64,000 bases of DNA from Chloroflexota bacterium (GCA_947472995.1 CANJBO010000006.1:4354-68353), one strand, 5' to 3'; counted from the first letter of the stretch, positions 18,753 through 30,705 are shown. Notes: generated from the sequence alone by a model not told the origin. Numbers and translations: made by a program.

Positions 18753-19871
18753 CTACTGCTCGATGCGCTGCCAGAGGACGCGGTCGTCGATCTCCATGCG
18801 GCGCACGCGGCCGTCCTCGACGAGCACCTGCAGGTGCGACAGCGTCTCGCCGAGAGCGGCGCGGCGCTTGTAGATGCTGAACGTGTTCCACGGCTTGCTC
18901 CACGTCACGCCCTCGGCGACCTCGGTCGCGGAGAGGCGCGAGACGCCGAGCGCCGTGTCGACCTCGTCGAGGCGCTGGTCGTGGTGCTCGAGGATCTCGA
19001 GACAGCGAGCGGGCAGGTTCTCGATCGTGTCCTGGTGCGCGGGCAGGCCGAGCACAGTATCGAGCGCGGCGACCTTCTGCAGCGACTCGCGGAACTCGCG
19101 CAGCGGCGAGCGGGCGATGTCCTCGTCCTCCGCCGACACCGAGACGTTCGGGGTGATGCGCGAGAGCACGTGGTCGCCGGTGAACGTGAACTTGCGGTTG
19201 GGCTCGTGCAGGCAGAGGTGGCCGGGCGTGTGGCCCGGCGTCCACACCGCCTGCAGCGTCCACCCGTCGAACGAGTACTCCTCGCCGTCGCGCAGCCGCA
19301 CGTCCGGCTCGATGCGGCCCATCGCGCGCGTCGCCATCTCCGACTCGGTCGCGGTGTCGGACGTTCCGGCCGCGCGGCGCGCCGCCATCTCCTGCTCGAC
19401 CTCGCGCTCCTCGCGGAAGCGCTGGTTGAAGCCGTCGTCGATGTCCGTCTCGCGCACCGACATGTCGAGGCCGTGGCGGAACGCCCACGCGTCCCCGCCT
19501 CGACGTGCCGCGTCCGGGTCGGTGTAGTGCGTGTGGGGGAAGCGCTCCTGCCCCATCATCACCAGCTCGCACCCGGGCGACTGCGACTTGATCCAGCGCG
19601 CCATGCCGAGGTGGTCGCCGTGTGCGTGCGAGACCAGCAGCCGCTTGATGTCGGAGACCTCGCCGCCGATCTCGCGCACCTGCTCGGTCAGCGCGTCGAT
19701 CGCGCCTCGCGTCCCGTAGCCGCAGTCGAAGAGCGTCAGCCCGTCGTTGCCGCGGAACACGTACGGCGTCGTCCAGCCGAGGCCGCCGGCGACCATGGGG
19801 ATGCTGAGCCGGAACAGGCCGGGAATGATCTCTTGCACCACGGGACGGGCCTTTCCAGTCGACGCGCTCAT
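18753..19871 (-). CDS. MBL-fold metallo-hydrolase with C-terminal winged helix
   Basis: SHAHGDH, TPGHTPGH, TGDHVL..ITPNV, PAH. Confidence 0.88.
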   Translation of the reverse strand: MSASTGKARPVVQEIIPGLFRLSIPMVAGGLGWTTPYVFRGNDGLTLFDCGYGTRGAIDALTEQVREIGGEVSDIKRLLVSHAHGDHLGMARWIKSQSPGCELVMMGQERFPHTHYTDPDAARRGGDAWAFRHGLDMSVRETDIDDGFNQRFREEREVEQEMAARRAAGTSDTATESEMATRAMGRIEPDVRLRDGEEYSFDGWTLQAVWTPGHTPGHLCLHEPNRKFTFTGDHVLSRITPNVSVSAEDEDIARSPLREFRESLQKVAALDTVLGLPAHQDTIENLPARCLEILEHHDQRLDEVDTALGVSRLSATEVAEGVTWSKPWNTFSIYKRRAALGETLSHLQVLVEDGRVRRMEIDDRVLWQRIEQ

Positions 19872-19960
19872 GCATCGCCGCTGCGGGAGGTTCGGCCTTC
19901 CTTATAGCAGATGCCCTGTTACGAACCTCCGCGCGCGATCTGAGCGATCGCCGGACAAGC

Positions 19961-19986
19961 AGCAGGGCCGCCTTGCGGCGGCCCTG
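19961..19986 (-). terminator. GC hairpin downstream of groEL
   Basis: cagggccgcc-ttgc-ggcggccctg inverted repeat; weak U-tract. Confidence 0.55.
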
Positions 19987-20013
19987 TGCGAATCAACGGA
20001 CTGAGCGAGGTGG

Positions 20014-21645
<1,632 letters not shown>

Positions 21646-21709
21646 TCAGGTCCTTCGTTCACCGCCCCGCGCATGACGCGGGGCGGGCTCGCGTGCGGTC
21701 GCGCGCTGA

Positions 21710-22039
21710 CTAGCGGCGCTTGGAGGCGGCCGCCGGGGTCTTCACGTCCTCGAGCTTCGCGAGCACGTCCTGGAAGCGGATCACGATGTACTCGACGGAG
21801 TCGACCGTGACCTCCTGGCCCGTGTACTTCTGGTACAGGACGTGGTCGCCGGCCTGCAGCTCGATGGTCTCGAGCTTGCCCTGCTCGTTGACCTTGCCGG
21901 GGCCGACCGAGATCACGTTGCCGTGCTGCGGAGCCTCCTTGGCGGAGTCCGGGATCACCAGCCCGGAGGCAGTGACCTCTTCGGCTTCCACGGCCTTGAG
22001 CACAATGTGATCCGTCATCGGGACAACGTTTGTCGCCAC
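21710..22039 (-). CDS. groES: Co-chaperonin GroES
   Basis: TASGLVIPDSAKEAPQHG..VGPG; upstream of groEL. Confidence 0.96.
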   Translation of the reverse strand: MATNVVPMTDHIVLKAVEAEEVTASGLVIPDSAKEAPQHGNVISVGPGKVNEQGKLETIELQAGDHVLYQKYTGQEVTVDSVEYIVIRFQDVLAKLEDVKTPAAASKRR

Positions 22040-22162
22040 AGCACCAGTCTCCTCGTTGCGTCGGGGTTGATTGTGTAGGGGTCGATTGCGCGCACCAGGA
22101 CCGCCGTGGCCCGCGCGAGCGCCCGCACCCGTGGATGCGGCATCTCTCCGATGGGCGGGATG

Positions 22163-22189
22163 TTAGCACTCACCCGGGGAGAGTGCCAA
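22163..22189. promoter_or_regulatory. CIRCE element (HrcA operator) overlapping the groES promoter
   Basis: TTAGCACTC-N9-GAGTGCCAA (1 mismatch to consensus); on the minus strand it coincides with TTGGCA-N18-TAACAT. Confidence 0.9.
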
Positions 22190-22239
22190 CCCCTTTTTTC
22201 TTGGGACGGTCGATACCTGAAATCGTGTAACCTCCCGGC

Positions 22240-22545
22240 ATGCCAGAACGTATCGACGAGGACTGGACACCCGACGAGGTGCAGCGGCTGCGCTCCTACC
22301 TCGACGTGTCGCAGGCGGAGCTCGCGGCGCGGGTGGGGACGCGGCAGCAGACGATCTCGGAGTGGGAGACCGGCACGCGCGCGCCTCGTCGCATGTCGCG
22401 ACGCCTGCTCCACCTCGTCGCCGAGGCGTCCGGGTTCTACGCAGTCGTTCAGGAGGCGAACGCCGGGATACCCGGCACGCCTCCGGCGGACCTGCGGGCG
22501 TCGAGCGGCACCGACAGCACACCCCCCGCACCCCCGACTGCATGA
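22240..22545 (+). CDS. XRE-family HTH transcriptional regulator
   Basis: LRSYLDVSQAELAARVGTRQQTISEWETG; TAACCT -10 lies 6 nt before the ATG. Confidence 0.85.
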   Translation: MPERIDEDWTPDEVQRLRSYLDVSQAELAARVGTRQQTISEWETGTRAPRRMSRRLLHLVAEASGFYAVVQEANAGIPGTPPADLRASSGTDSTPPAPPTA

Positions 22546-23684
22546 CCGCCGCGATGATCCGCGTCGTGCGCGAGGACGCCGCCGAGTACGCGCCGGGCGT
22601 CGCGCACGGCGTCGCCTCGCCCGGCTCGTCACCGTTCCCGGAGCACGCGCTGGTCGCGCTGTGGCTGCTCGGGCGGACACCGGCGGCGGCGTTGCCGTGG
22701 CCGCTGCTGCGCGCCGGCCGGGCGGGACCCGGCCCCGGCCCCGACGTGCGCGAGGCGACCGTGCTGCTGCCCAGCGGCGTGACGCGCACCGGGGACGTGG
22801 AGATGCACCTGCGCGCCTCGGACTTCGCGCGGCACGGGCACGCGACGGACGCCGCGTACGCGGGCGTGATCCTGCACGTCGTGTGGGAGGACGACCGGCC
22901 GCCGGGCGAGCGCGGCACCCCGACCGTGCTGCCACCCGCACCGGGCGCCGCGCCGGGACAGCCCGGCGGCAGCGCCGCGATCGTCGAGGTCGCGCCGCAC
23001 CTGAGGCACGACCCGGCGCGCCTGGAGGCACTGGTCGCGCGCGGGCCGACGGGCGCCGAGCCGTGCGCGGAGATCGCAGCGATGCGCGGCGTCGAGGCGA
23101 CCGCCGCGCTCGTGCGGCGCGAGGGGCAGCGGCGGCTCGCCGAGCGGGCGTGGCGCGTGGGCCACCTCGCCGCGCGCTACGACTGGCCGGGCGCGTGGGC
23201 GCTGCTGCTCGACCGCGCCGTGCGCGCGACCGCAGGACGGCGACGCGAGAGCGAGGCGGCACACGCCGCGCACCTCGCGGCGATCGAGGTGCGCCTCCGT
23301 GCGGAGCCGCTCGCCGGGCTGATCGCGGCGGCGCGGCTCGCGCGCCCGCACGCGCTGATCGAGGCGGTGCGCGCGCCGGGGATGGGCGCCGGACGCGCGG
23401 CGGAGATCGCGTGGAACGCGGCGCTGCCGCTGCTGATCGCTGCCGCGGCGGAGTTCAGCGACCTCGACCTCGCGCGCGCGACGGCGACGCTGGCCGGGGC
23501 GTGGCCGACGCCGCGGCCGTACGGGCGCACGCTCGCACTCGCGCGGCTGCTCGGTCCGGCGCCGGCGCGGCCGGGGGCGCTGCATGCGCAGGGGCTGCTG
23601 CACCTGCAGGACCTGTGGTGCATGCGCGGCGGCTGCGGGGCGTGCCCGCTGTCCTCGACGAGCGGGGAACCAACGGGCGACTAG
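22542..23684 (+). CDS. DUF2851-family protein
   Basis: GPD...GDVEMH...DF..HGH..D.AY..VILHVVW; C-terminal QGLLHL..WC..GGC..CP; ATGA overlap with the HTH gene. Confidence 0.8.
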   Translation: MTAAMIRVVREDAAEYAPGVAHGVASPGSSPFPEHALVALWLLGRTPAAALPWPLLRAGRAGPGPGPDVREATVLLPSGVTRTGDVEMHLRASDFARHGHATDAAYAGVILHVVWEDDRPPGERGTPTVLPPAPGAAPGQPGGSAAIVEVAPHLRHDPARLEALVARGPTGAEPCAEIAAMRGVEATAALVRREGQRRLAERAWRVGHLAARYDWPGAWALLLDRAVRATAGRRRESEAAHAAHLAAIEVRLRAEPLAGLIAAARLARPHALIEAVRAPGMGAGRAAEIAWNAALPLLIAAAAEFSDLDLARATATLAGAWPTPRPYGRTLALARLLGPAPARPGALHAQGLLHLQDLWCMRGGCGACPLSSTSGEPTGD

Positions 23685-23729
23685 CGCGGCGGGGAACATC
23701 GAGGATCGGGGCGGGTAAGTCGACCCCGA

Positions 23730-23852
23730 GCCCCCACCCCAGCCCCTCCCCCGCGAGGGGGAGGGGCTGGACGCCCCAGGATCACCGGCCGACGCGCGAG
23801 TAGCGCCCTTCAGAACCCTCGTCCATTGATGGGAGAGGGCAGGGTGAGGGCC
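23730..23852. repeat. Family A inverted doublet
   Basis: Two family A units flanking a ~45-bp spacer. Confidence 0.75.
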
Positions 23853-23931
23853 GCTTCAACTCGAGATCGGCACGAGGAACACCGCGAGATCGCACGAGCA
23901 GCGGCAGCCCGAGGAGCGGCGTGCCGCCCGA

Positions 23932-24954
23932 CTAGGAGAAGCGGCGGCCGCGGCGGACGGCCGTCGGGGTGATGTCGAGCGGGGACTCCGGCGCGACCGC
24001 GTCGTCGAGGTGGCGGAAGGCGGCGGCGGCGATCATCGCGGCGTTGTCCGTGCAGAGCACGGGCGGGGGGATGTGCACCGGGACGGGGGAGCGCTCGACG
24101 ACGCGCTCGCGCAGGCGGCGGTTCGCGGCGACGCCGCCGGCGACGAGCATCGAGGCGACACCCTCGCGCTCGGCGGCGCGCGCGGCCTTCTGCGACAGCA
24201 CGTCGACGACCGACTCCTCGAACGCCCACGCGATCTCGGCGGGGGGCGGCGCGTCGCTGGACTGGACGAGGTGCAGGACCGCGGTCTTCAGCCCGGAGAA
24301 CGAGAAGTCGTCGCCCGTGCGGAGCCACGCGCGCGGGAGGCGCAGCTTGCGCACCTCGGCAGTGGCGGCGAGGTGCGAGATCGGCGGGCCGCCGGGGTAC
24401 GGGAGGTCGAGCAGCCGCGCGACCTTGTCGAACGCCTCGCCCGCCGCGTCGTCGCGCGTGCCGCCGAGGCGCTCGAAGCGGCCGTGCTCGCGCATCAGCA
24501 GCAGCTCGGTGTGCCCGCCCGACACGACGAGCGCGAGCGCCGGCAGCTCGGGCGGGGCGCCGTGGCCGCTCGGCGCGCCGGTCGCGGCGTCCAGCCAGTT
24601 CGCGCAGACGTGGCCCTCGATGTGGTCGACGGGGATCAGCGGCAGGCCGCGCGCGTAGGCGAGGCCGCGCGCGCCGTTCAGGCCGATGACCAGCGCGCCG
24701 GGGAGTCCGGGGCCAGCCGTCGCCGCGATCGCGTCGATGTCGTCCCACGTGCACTCGGCGTCGGCCAGCGCGCGACGGACGACCGGGACGAGCGCGCGCA
24801 GGTGGGCGCGCGCAGCGACCTCGGGGACGACGCCACCGGTCTCCTCGTGCAGCGCGGTCTGGGAGGCGACGACGTTGGAGAGCATGCGCGTGCCATCCGC
24901 GACGACCGACGCGGCCGTCTCGTCACACGAGCTCTCGATGCCGAGGATGCGCAT
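23932..24954 (-). CDS. tsaD: tRNA N6-threonylcarbamoyltransferase
   Basis: ILGIESSCDET, GGVVPEVAARAH, HIEGH, VSGGHT, DDAAGEAFDK, CTDNAAMI. Confidence 0.97.
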   Translation of the reverse strand: MRILGIESSCDETAASVVADGTRMLSNVVASQTALHEETGGVVPEVAARAHLRALVPVVRRALADAECTWDDIDAIAATAGPGLPGALVIGLNGARGLAYARGLPLIPVDHIEGHVCANWLDAATGAPSGHGAPPELPALALVVSGGHTELLLMREHGRFERLGGTRDDAAGEAFDKVARLLDLPYPGGPPISHLAATAEVRKLRLPRAWLRTGDDFSFSGLKTAVLHLVQSSDAPPPAEIAWAFEESVVDVLSQKAARAAEREGVASMLVAGGVAANRRLRERVVERSPVPVHIPPPVLCTDNAAMIAAAAFRHLDDAVAPESPLDITPTAVRRGRRFS

Positions 24955-25033
24955 CGGTCGAGTCTAGCGCGCGGGCGGCGCAGCGGCTTCGGGGGTGCGT
25001 GCAGGGTGCTGTGTGGTTCGGATCGGGATCGGA

Positions 25034-25215
25034 CCCTCCCCCTTTACGGGGGAGGGCAGGGTGGGGGTTCCGCTTCGGCGAGTCGGCGACGAGGACCACG
25101 TCACCGCCCCGCCGCCGTCGACGCCGTGCGGTCCGCGCGGGCCGACAAGCGGCATGTGCGAGTCGGTGGGGTGAGCGCCCCCCACCCCAACCCTCCCCCG
25201 CGAGGGGGGAGGGGG
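25034..25215. repeat. Two family A units (outward-facing)
   Basis: 25034-25067 and 25178-25215. Confidence 0.75.
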
Positions 25216-25242
25216 CGGAGCACGCTGCGAGATGGGGTGCCG

Positions 25243-27384
25243 CTAGCGCGCGGGCGTCGCAGCGGCGCCTGCCCCGACGGGGGTGCTCGCGGCGACGGGC
25301 GGCGTGGGGCTCGAGGACGCGCCGTTGGCGGGCGTGCCGGAGGGGGACGCAGACGGGGAGCCCGAGGGCTGGACCGGCGGCTGGCCCGCCGGGGCGACGT
25401 CGAAGTAGCTGATGCCGTCGCCGCTCAGCAGGAACAGCCGCGATCCGTCCGCCGAGATGGCGAGGCCGCGCAGGTCGCCGAAGCTCGGGTTGCGGTACTG
25501 CCGCACGAACCTGCCCTCGCGGTCGCCGACGACGATGCGCTTGTTGCCGCGGTCGGCGAGGAACAGCAGCGAGCGCTGGAGGTCCTCGACCAGCGCGACC
25601 GGGCCCTTCGGCGGCGTGTCGATGCCGTCGAGGAGCGGGGCGGTCTCCTTGCCGGAGCGGAAGCGCCGCAGCCGGCCCTGGTCGACGACGTACACATCGC
25701 CGTCGACGACGAGCCCGGTCGCGGTGCCGAGGTCGACACCACCGAGCATCCCGGTGCGCTCCGAGTCGTAGCCCTCGGACGCCGGGAAGTATTTCCAGAT
25801 CTCACCCTTGCCGGGGTCGAGGATGTAGAGGCTGCGCTGGTAGACGGCGATCGCGTTCGGCGAGCCCAGCTCGGGCGCGCCGCGCAGCACCACCGGCACC
25901 GGCGTCTTCGCCGTCTCCGACATGGTGAACAGGCTGCGCCCCTCGTCGAGGAGCAGCAGGCGTCCGCTCTGCGCGTCCCACGCGATGCTCTTCGGGTCGC
26001 GCGCCGGCGTGCCGCCGTAGGTCGATCCGGCGCGGTACACCTCCTCCGGCGTCGAGGGCTGCGCGGCGTCCATGCGGAAGACGCGGCCGCGGTCCGACTC
26101 CACGAACCAGATCGAGCGGCCGCCGACGACGACGGTCTGCGGGTTCACCGGCGCGGTCACCGTGCCCTCGAACTTCAGCAGCTGCGTCGCGGTGCCGACG
26201 TCGCTGACAGCGTCGAGCTTCGACAGCTCCGCCTGCGCCTGTGCCGCGTACGTGCGGACGCGCGCATCGTCGGGCGCGATGGCGCGCGCCTTCTCGGTCG
26301 CCGCGAGGACGGCCTGCAGCGCCTTGCGTCGATCGTCCGCGCGCTGCGCCGCGGTGGCGGTGGTGAGCTGCTGCTGGGCCGTCGCGAGCACCTTGTCCAG
26401 CTCGGCGGCGCGGTCCTGCGTCAGCAAGCCGGGGCCGATCGTCCACGAAAGGAGCCCGACCGCCAGCAGCGCGCCGACCGCGAGTGCGATCCAGCGCCAG
26501 GGCAGCTGCGCCTCCAGCGGCGTGCGACCGACGGTGCGCGCGGGCCGGCGGATCGAGGGGAACGGGATCGGCTGCGAGGACTGCGGCCCCCAGCGCCGCC
26601 GCGCCGTCGGCTCCGGCGCGCGCTCCGCCTCGAAGCGCGGGGCGGCCGTGCGGTGGCCGGAGTCGATGTCCGGCAGCACGACCTCGCGCCCCTCGATGTC
26701 GTCGAGGTCCATGTCCAGCGGGGCGGGCATGCCGCCGTCCTCGATGTCGAGGTCGGCGACCAGCACGGCGGTCATGTCCGTGACGTCGCGCGTGCGGCGG
26801 AACAGCTCCGCGAGCGCGCCCTCCGGCCCGGCGGCGAGCGACTCCTCGACCTGGCGCAGGCCGATGATCTCCTCGACGGTCGAGGTGAGCAGCAGCACCT
26901 CGCGGCCGGAGATGTCGGTCGCGGTGAAGCGCGGCTCGATCTCGTCGGGACCGCCGAGGGGCGCGGCGGCGGGGAGGCCCTCGGTGGAGAGGCGCGTCAT
27001 GCTGTGCTGGCCGGAGACGTAGGCGAGGCCGGGGCCGACCTGCACGATCGTCGCCTCGCCGTCGCGGATGACCACGCACGTGACGCCGACGGCGACACGG
27101 TGCTCGCGCAGGGAGCGGCGGTTCCACTCGGCGAGGTTCGTGTGTGCCTGCTGGAGCGCGCGGAGCAGGCCGCCGGTGATCGAGAGCGACTCCCGCGCGA
27201 ACAGCGCGGCGACCGCCTCGGCGACCTCGGAGCAGAACTCGGCGGAGCGGCGATCGGCCGGCTCGGCGAGGACCAGCAGGCGGATCGTCTCGTCCTCGCG
27301 CTCGCGGCGGCGATCCACGAGCCACGGCCCGTGCTCGCGCACCTGCCCGTCGACGATCGCGTAGCGGCCGACCCACGTGCCCAC
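25243..27384 (-). CDS. Membrane protein: PP2C-like N-terminal fold, TM helix, NHL-like beta-propeller
   Basis: GLLRALQQAHTNL, VQVGPGLAY, LLLTST (PP2C-like); WRWIALAVGALLAVGLL TM; LYILDP, GDVYVVD, LFLADRGNKRIVV blades. Confidence 0.65.
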   Translation of the reverse strand: MGTWVGRYAIVDGQVREHGPWLVDRRREREDETIRLLVLAEPADRRSAEFCSEVAEAVAALFARESLSITGGLLRALQQAHTNLAEWNRRSLREHRVAVGVTCVVIRDGEATIVQVGPGLAYVSGQHSMTRLSTEGLPAAAPLGGPDEIEPRFTATDISGREVLLLTSTVEEIIGLRQVEESLAAGPEGALAELFRRTRDVTDMTAVLVADLDIEDGGMPAPLDMDLDDIEGREVVLPDIDSGHRTAAPRFEAERAPEPTARRRWGPQSSQPIPFPSIRRPARTVGRTPLEAQLPWRWIALAVGALLAVGLLSWTIGPGLLTQDRAAELDKVLATAQQQLTTATAAQRADDRRKALQAVLAATEKARAIAPDDARVRTYAAQAQAELSKLDAVSDVGTATQLLKFEGTVTAPVNPQTVVVGGRSIWFVESDRGRVFRMDAAQPSTPEEVYRAGSTYGGTPARDPKSIAWDAQSGRLLLLDEGRSLFTMSETAKTPVPVVLRGAPELGSPNAIAVYQRSLYILDPGKGEIWKYFPASEGYDSERTGMLGGVDLGTATGLVVDGDVYVVDQGRLRRFRSGKETAPLLDGIDTPPKGPVALVEDLQRSLLFLADRGNKRIVVGDREGRFVRQYRNPSFGDLRGLAISADGSRLFLLSGDGISYFDVAPAGQPPVQPSGSPSASPSGTPANGASSSPTPPVAASTPVGAGAAATPAR

Positions 27385-27634
27385 GGGCTAGCGACCCACC
27401 GCGTGCGACGCGCGATGGAAGCAGGGTGCGAGGAGGCAACGCGGACGATGAGCCACGGGTGGTCCTGGAATCCCCGCCCGGGGAGGCGCCGTCATGATAG
27501 CGACCGCCCGGGACGGGCGTCGATCCGCGAGCCTCGTGTGGACGTGATGCAGCGTGCGTGACGCGCGGGCGGGAGCAGGCGGCACGCTCTCAGAACGAGC
27601 ACGCACCGCCCGACGTTCGCGGCTGGCCGGCGTG

Positions 27635-28117
27635 CTAGCTGGCTTGATAGTCGCCCGAGCGGCCGCCGGACTTCGCGACGAGGCGGATGGCCTCGATCGC
27701 CATGCCGCGCTCGACGGCCTTGCACATGTCGTAGACGGTCAGCGCGGCGACGGAGACAGCGGTGAGCGCCTCCATCTCGACGCCGGTGCGCGAGGTGACG
27801 CGGACGGTCGCCTCGATCTCGATCGACGTGCCGTCACCGGACGGTTCGAGGTTCACCTCGACGCCGGAGATGGGGAGCGGGTGGCAGAGCGGGATCAGCT
27901 CGTGGGTGCGCTTCGCCGCCATGATGCCGGCGATGCGCGCGGTCGCGAGCACGTCGCCCTTCGGCAGACGTCCCTCGACGATCAGCGCGAGCGTCGAGGG
28001 CTCCATGACGACACGCCCGCGTGCGGTCGCCTCGCGCTGCGTGACGTCCTTGTCGGAGACGTCGACCATCCGCGCGTGGCCCTGCGCGTCGAGGTGCGAG
28101 AGGGCGTCAGAGGTCAT
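27635..28117 (-). CDS. moaC: Cyclic pyranopterin monophosphate synthase
   Basis: [44 protein letters not shown]. Confidence 0.97.
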   Translation of the reverse strand: MTSDALSHLDAQGHARMVDVSDKDVTQREATARGRVVMEPSTLALIVEGRLPKGDVLATARIAGIMAAKRTHELIPLCHPLPISGVEVNLEPSGDGTSIEIEATVRVTSRTGVEMEALTAVSVAALTVYDMCKAVERGMAIEAIRLVAKSGGRSGDYQAS

Positions 28118-28121
28118 CTCG

Positions 28122-29195
28122 CTAGCCTCCGATGTACGACATCTCGACGCGGCGGAGGCCGGCGGTCGAGGCGGAGCGCTGCTCCGAGTAGCGATCCTCG
28201 CGCGCCGTCCACGTGGCGTCGATGAGCGCGAGGAGATCTTCATCGGTCGCGCCGCTGCGCATCGCGGCGCGGAAGTCGGCGCCGGCCTCGGCGGCGAAGA
28301 GGCAGGTGTAGATCGATCCCTCCGCGGAAAGGCGGGCGCGGGTGCAGGTGCCGCAGAACGGCTGCGTCACGGAGGTGATGACGCCGATCTCGCCGGCGCC
28401 GTCGCGGTAGCGATAGCGCCGCGCGACCTCGCCCTCGTAGCTCGCCTCGATCGGCTCCAGCGGGAACTCGGCGTCGATCTGGCGCACGAGGTCGGCGGCC
28501 GGGACCACCTCGTCCATCTGCCAGCCGTTGGTGCTGCCGACGTCCATGAACTCGATGAACCGCACGATGTGCGGCGTGCCGCGGAAGTGCCGCGCGAGGT
28601 CGAGCAGCGTGTGGTCGTTCACGCCGCGGCGCACGACCGCGTTCACCTTCACCGGCAGCCCGGCGGCCTCGGCGGCGTCGATGCCCTCAAGCACCATCGC
28701 CACCGGGAAGTCCATGTCGTTCATCGAGCGGAACACCGCGTCGTCGAGGGAGTCGAGGCTCACGGTGACGCGATCGAGGCCGGCGCGGGCGAGCGGCTCC
28801 GCCATCGTCTTCAGCAGCGTGCCGTTGGTGGTCATCGCAATGTCCATGCCGGGGATCGCGTCGAGCATCTCCACCAGCGCCGGAAGCTGGGCGCGCAGCG
28901 TCGGCTCGCCCCCGGTGAGGCGGAGCTTCCTCACGCCGCGCGAGGCGAACAGGCGGGCGATCCGCGCGATCTCCTCGAACGTCATGATCTCGGCGCGCGG
29001 GAGGAAGGCGAAGTCCGCGCCGAAGACTTCCTTGGGCATGCAGTAGCGGCAGCGGAAGTTGCAGCGGTCGGTGACCGAGATGCGGAGATCGTGCAGCGGC
29101 CGCCCGAGCCGGTCCACGAGGACAGGCGCGCCCGAGGATGCCTCGAGGGGCGCGTGCCCCTCGATCTCCGAGGAGTCGAGGTCTGGGTGGGGCAT
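28122..29195 (-). CDS. moaA: GTP 3',8-cyclase (radical SAM)
   Basis: [29 protein letters not shown]-terminal MSYIGG. Confidence 0.97.
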   Translation of the reverse strand: MPHPDLDSSEIEGHAPLEASSGAPVLVDRLGRPLHDLRISVTDRCNFRCRYCMPKEVFGADFAFLPRAEIMTFEEIARIARLFASRGVRKLRLTGGEPTLRAQLPALVEMLDAIPGMDIAMTTNGTLLKTMAEPLARAGLDRVTVSLDSLDDAVFRSMNDMDFPVAMVLEGIDAAEAAGLPVKVNAVVRRGVNDHTLLDLARHFRGTPHIVRFIEFMDVGSTNGWQMDEVVPAADLVRQIDAEFPLEPIEASYEGEVARRYRYRDGAGEIGVITSVTQPFCGTCTRARLSAEGSIYTCLFAAEAGADFRAAMRSGATDEDLLALIDATWTAREDRYSEQRSASTAGLRRVEMSYIGG

Positions 29196-29254
29196 GCATC
29201 CAGTGTAATCCCTGTCGTGCGCTGGACCGGAGGCGGGAGGGACGGAAGCGGAAG

Positions 29255-29292
29255 CCCTCACCCCAGCCCTCTCCCACAGGTGGGAGAGGGGG
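29255..29292 (+). repeat. Family A single unit
   Basis: CCCTCACCCCAGCCCTCTCCCACAGGTGGGAGAGGG. Confidence 0.85.
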
Positions 29293-29322
29293 CCGGATGC
29301 TCGTTCCCGCTACGATCACCTG

Positions 29323-30153
29323 ATGGACGACCTGACCGAGGCCTCCGAGCGCGCAGTGGTGGTCGTCGTCACCTCGACCGACCCGGCGCTGCGCGCGACG
29401 GCCGCCGCCCGCGCCGAGGCGCTCGGCCTGTCGTTCGTCAACGACGCCGCGGGGCTCCCCGCGGGGACGCTGCTGCTCACCCTCGACGCCGACGGCTGGT
29501 CGCTGGCCGACCCGGCGCCGGGCGCACCGGGGGCGGTCCGCGCCGATCTGATCGGGGGCGGGCTGGGCGAACGGCTGCGGCAGGGGGGGCGCGGCGAGGG
29601 CCGCCTGGCGTCCGCGCTGGGCCTGAAGCGCCACCCGGGCGCGCGCGTGCTGGACGCGACGGCCGGCCTCGGGCGGGAGAGCGCGCTCGCGGCGGCGCTC
29701 GGCTGCACGGTGATCGCCTGCGAGCGCTCGCCGATCGTCGGCACGCTGCTGCGTGACGGCTTCGACCGCGCCGCCGAGGAGCCCGGCCTCGCGCTGGTCC
29801 TCGATCGCATCGACCTGCGCGTCGAGGATGCGCGCGACGTGCTGGCGTCGCTCGCCGCGGGCGACGACGAGGCGCGCCCGGACGCGGTGATCGTCGACCC
29901 GATGTTCCCCGAGCGCAGCAAGGCGGCACGCGCGAAGAAGGAGATGCAGCTGCTGCAACGGCTGCTCGGCCCGGACGACCCGCGCGACACGATCGCGCTG
30001 ATCGAGGCGGCGCTCGCGACGGCGCGGCGACGCGTGATCCTCAAGCGCCCCGCGCACGCGCCGCAGGTGGCCGGCGTGCGCGCGCCCGACCTCGAGGTGC
30101 CCGGGCGCTCGGCGCGCTACGACGTGTACCTGATCGCCCCGCCGCGGCTGTAG
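29323..30153 (+). CDS. rsmJ: 16S rRNA m2G1516 methyltransferase RsmJ-like
   Basis: VLDATAGLGRE, ERSP, DPMFPER.K.A..KKEMQ, KRP, RYDVY. Confidence 0.85.
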   Translation: MDDLTEASERAVVVVVTSTDPALRATAAARAEALGLSFVNDAAGLPAGTLLLTLDADGWSLADPAPGAPGAVRADLIGGGLGERLRQGGRGEGRLASALGLKRHPGARVLDATAGLGRESALAAALGCTVIACERSPIVGTLLRDGFDRAAEEPGLALVLDRIDLRVEDARDVLASLAAGDDEARPDAVIVDPMFPERSKAARAKKEMQLLQRLLGPDDPRDTIALIEAALATARRRVILKRPAHAPQVAGVRAPDLEVPGRSARYDVYLIAPPRL

Positions 30154-30159
30154 CGGTCG

Positions 30160-30699
30160 CTAGGACAGCGCGCGGCGCATGCGGAACTCGCGGTACGCGG
30201 GACGGCCGGGCAGCGGCTCCACGTACCCGGTGAACGCGAACCCGCACGACTCGTACAGCGCGATCGCCGGCGCGTTGCCTTCCGTCACCATCAGCTGCAA
30301 CGCGCCTGCGCCGCCCTCGACGGCCCACGCCGTGACGGCGTCGAGGAGCCCGCGCGCGATGCCGAGGCGGCGGGCGGGCGGGTCGATCCACATCGAGATC
30401 ACGTCCCACGGGGCGGCCGGGTCGAGCGGCGCGTCATCGATCAGCCCGCCCTGCGCGCCGCCGATCAGCCCGCACCAGCCCTCGGCGGTCTCCGCGATGA
30501 ACAGCGCCGAGGCGCTCCCGGTCGCGCAGTCACGCACCCGCTCCTCCCACCACTCGGGTGGGCGGGCCAGCGCCTCCTCGATCGTCGAGCCGAACGCGAG
30601 CGGCTCGCCCTCCAGTGCGCGCAGCCGGATCGCGCGGTAGGGCACAGCCTCGCCGGCGCGGATGCGGCGGATCGTGACGCTCGGCATCTCGCCGGCCAT
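30160..30699 (-). CDS. GNAT N-acetyltransferase
   Basis: SMWIDPPARRLGIAR motif A; N..AIALYESCGF. Confidence 0.9.
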   Translation of the reverse strand: MAGEMPSVTIRRIRAGEAVPYRAIRLRALEGEPLAFGSTIEEALARPPEWWEERVRDCATGSASALFIAETAEGWCGLIGGAQGGLIDDAPLDPAAPWDVISMWIDPPARRLGIARGLLDAVTAWAVEGGAGALQLMVTEGNAPAIALYESCGFAFTGYVEPLPGRPAYREFRMRRALS

Positions 30700-30705
30700 C
30701 GAGGG

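Noticed and set aside
24010-27561. 1183-aa plus-strand ORF and many other long Arg/Ala-rich ORFs
   Set aside because: Antisense or off-frame shadows of real genes caused by high GC and few stop codons
27385-27606. ORF in frame with the 27384 gene, separated by one TAG (possible readthrough or pyrrolysine)
   Set aside because: The upstream peptide is low-complexity with atypical codons; no pyl genes seen; the GTG at 27384 is an adequate start
29196-29320. Expected Moco riboswitch upstream of moaA
   Set aside because: moaA appears leaderless (TACACT 6 nt upstream); the region holds only a family A repeat
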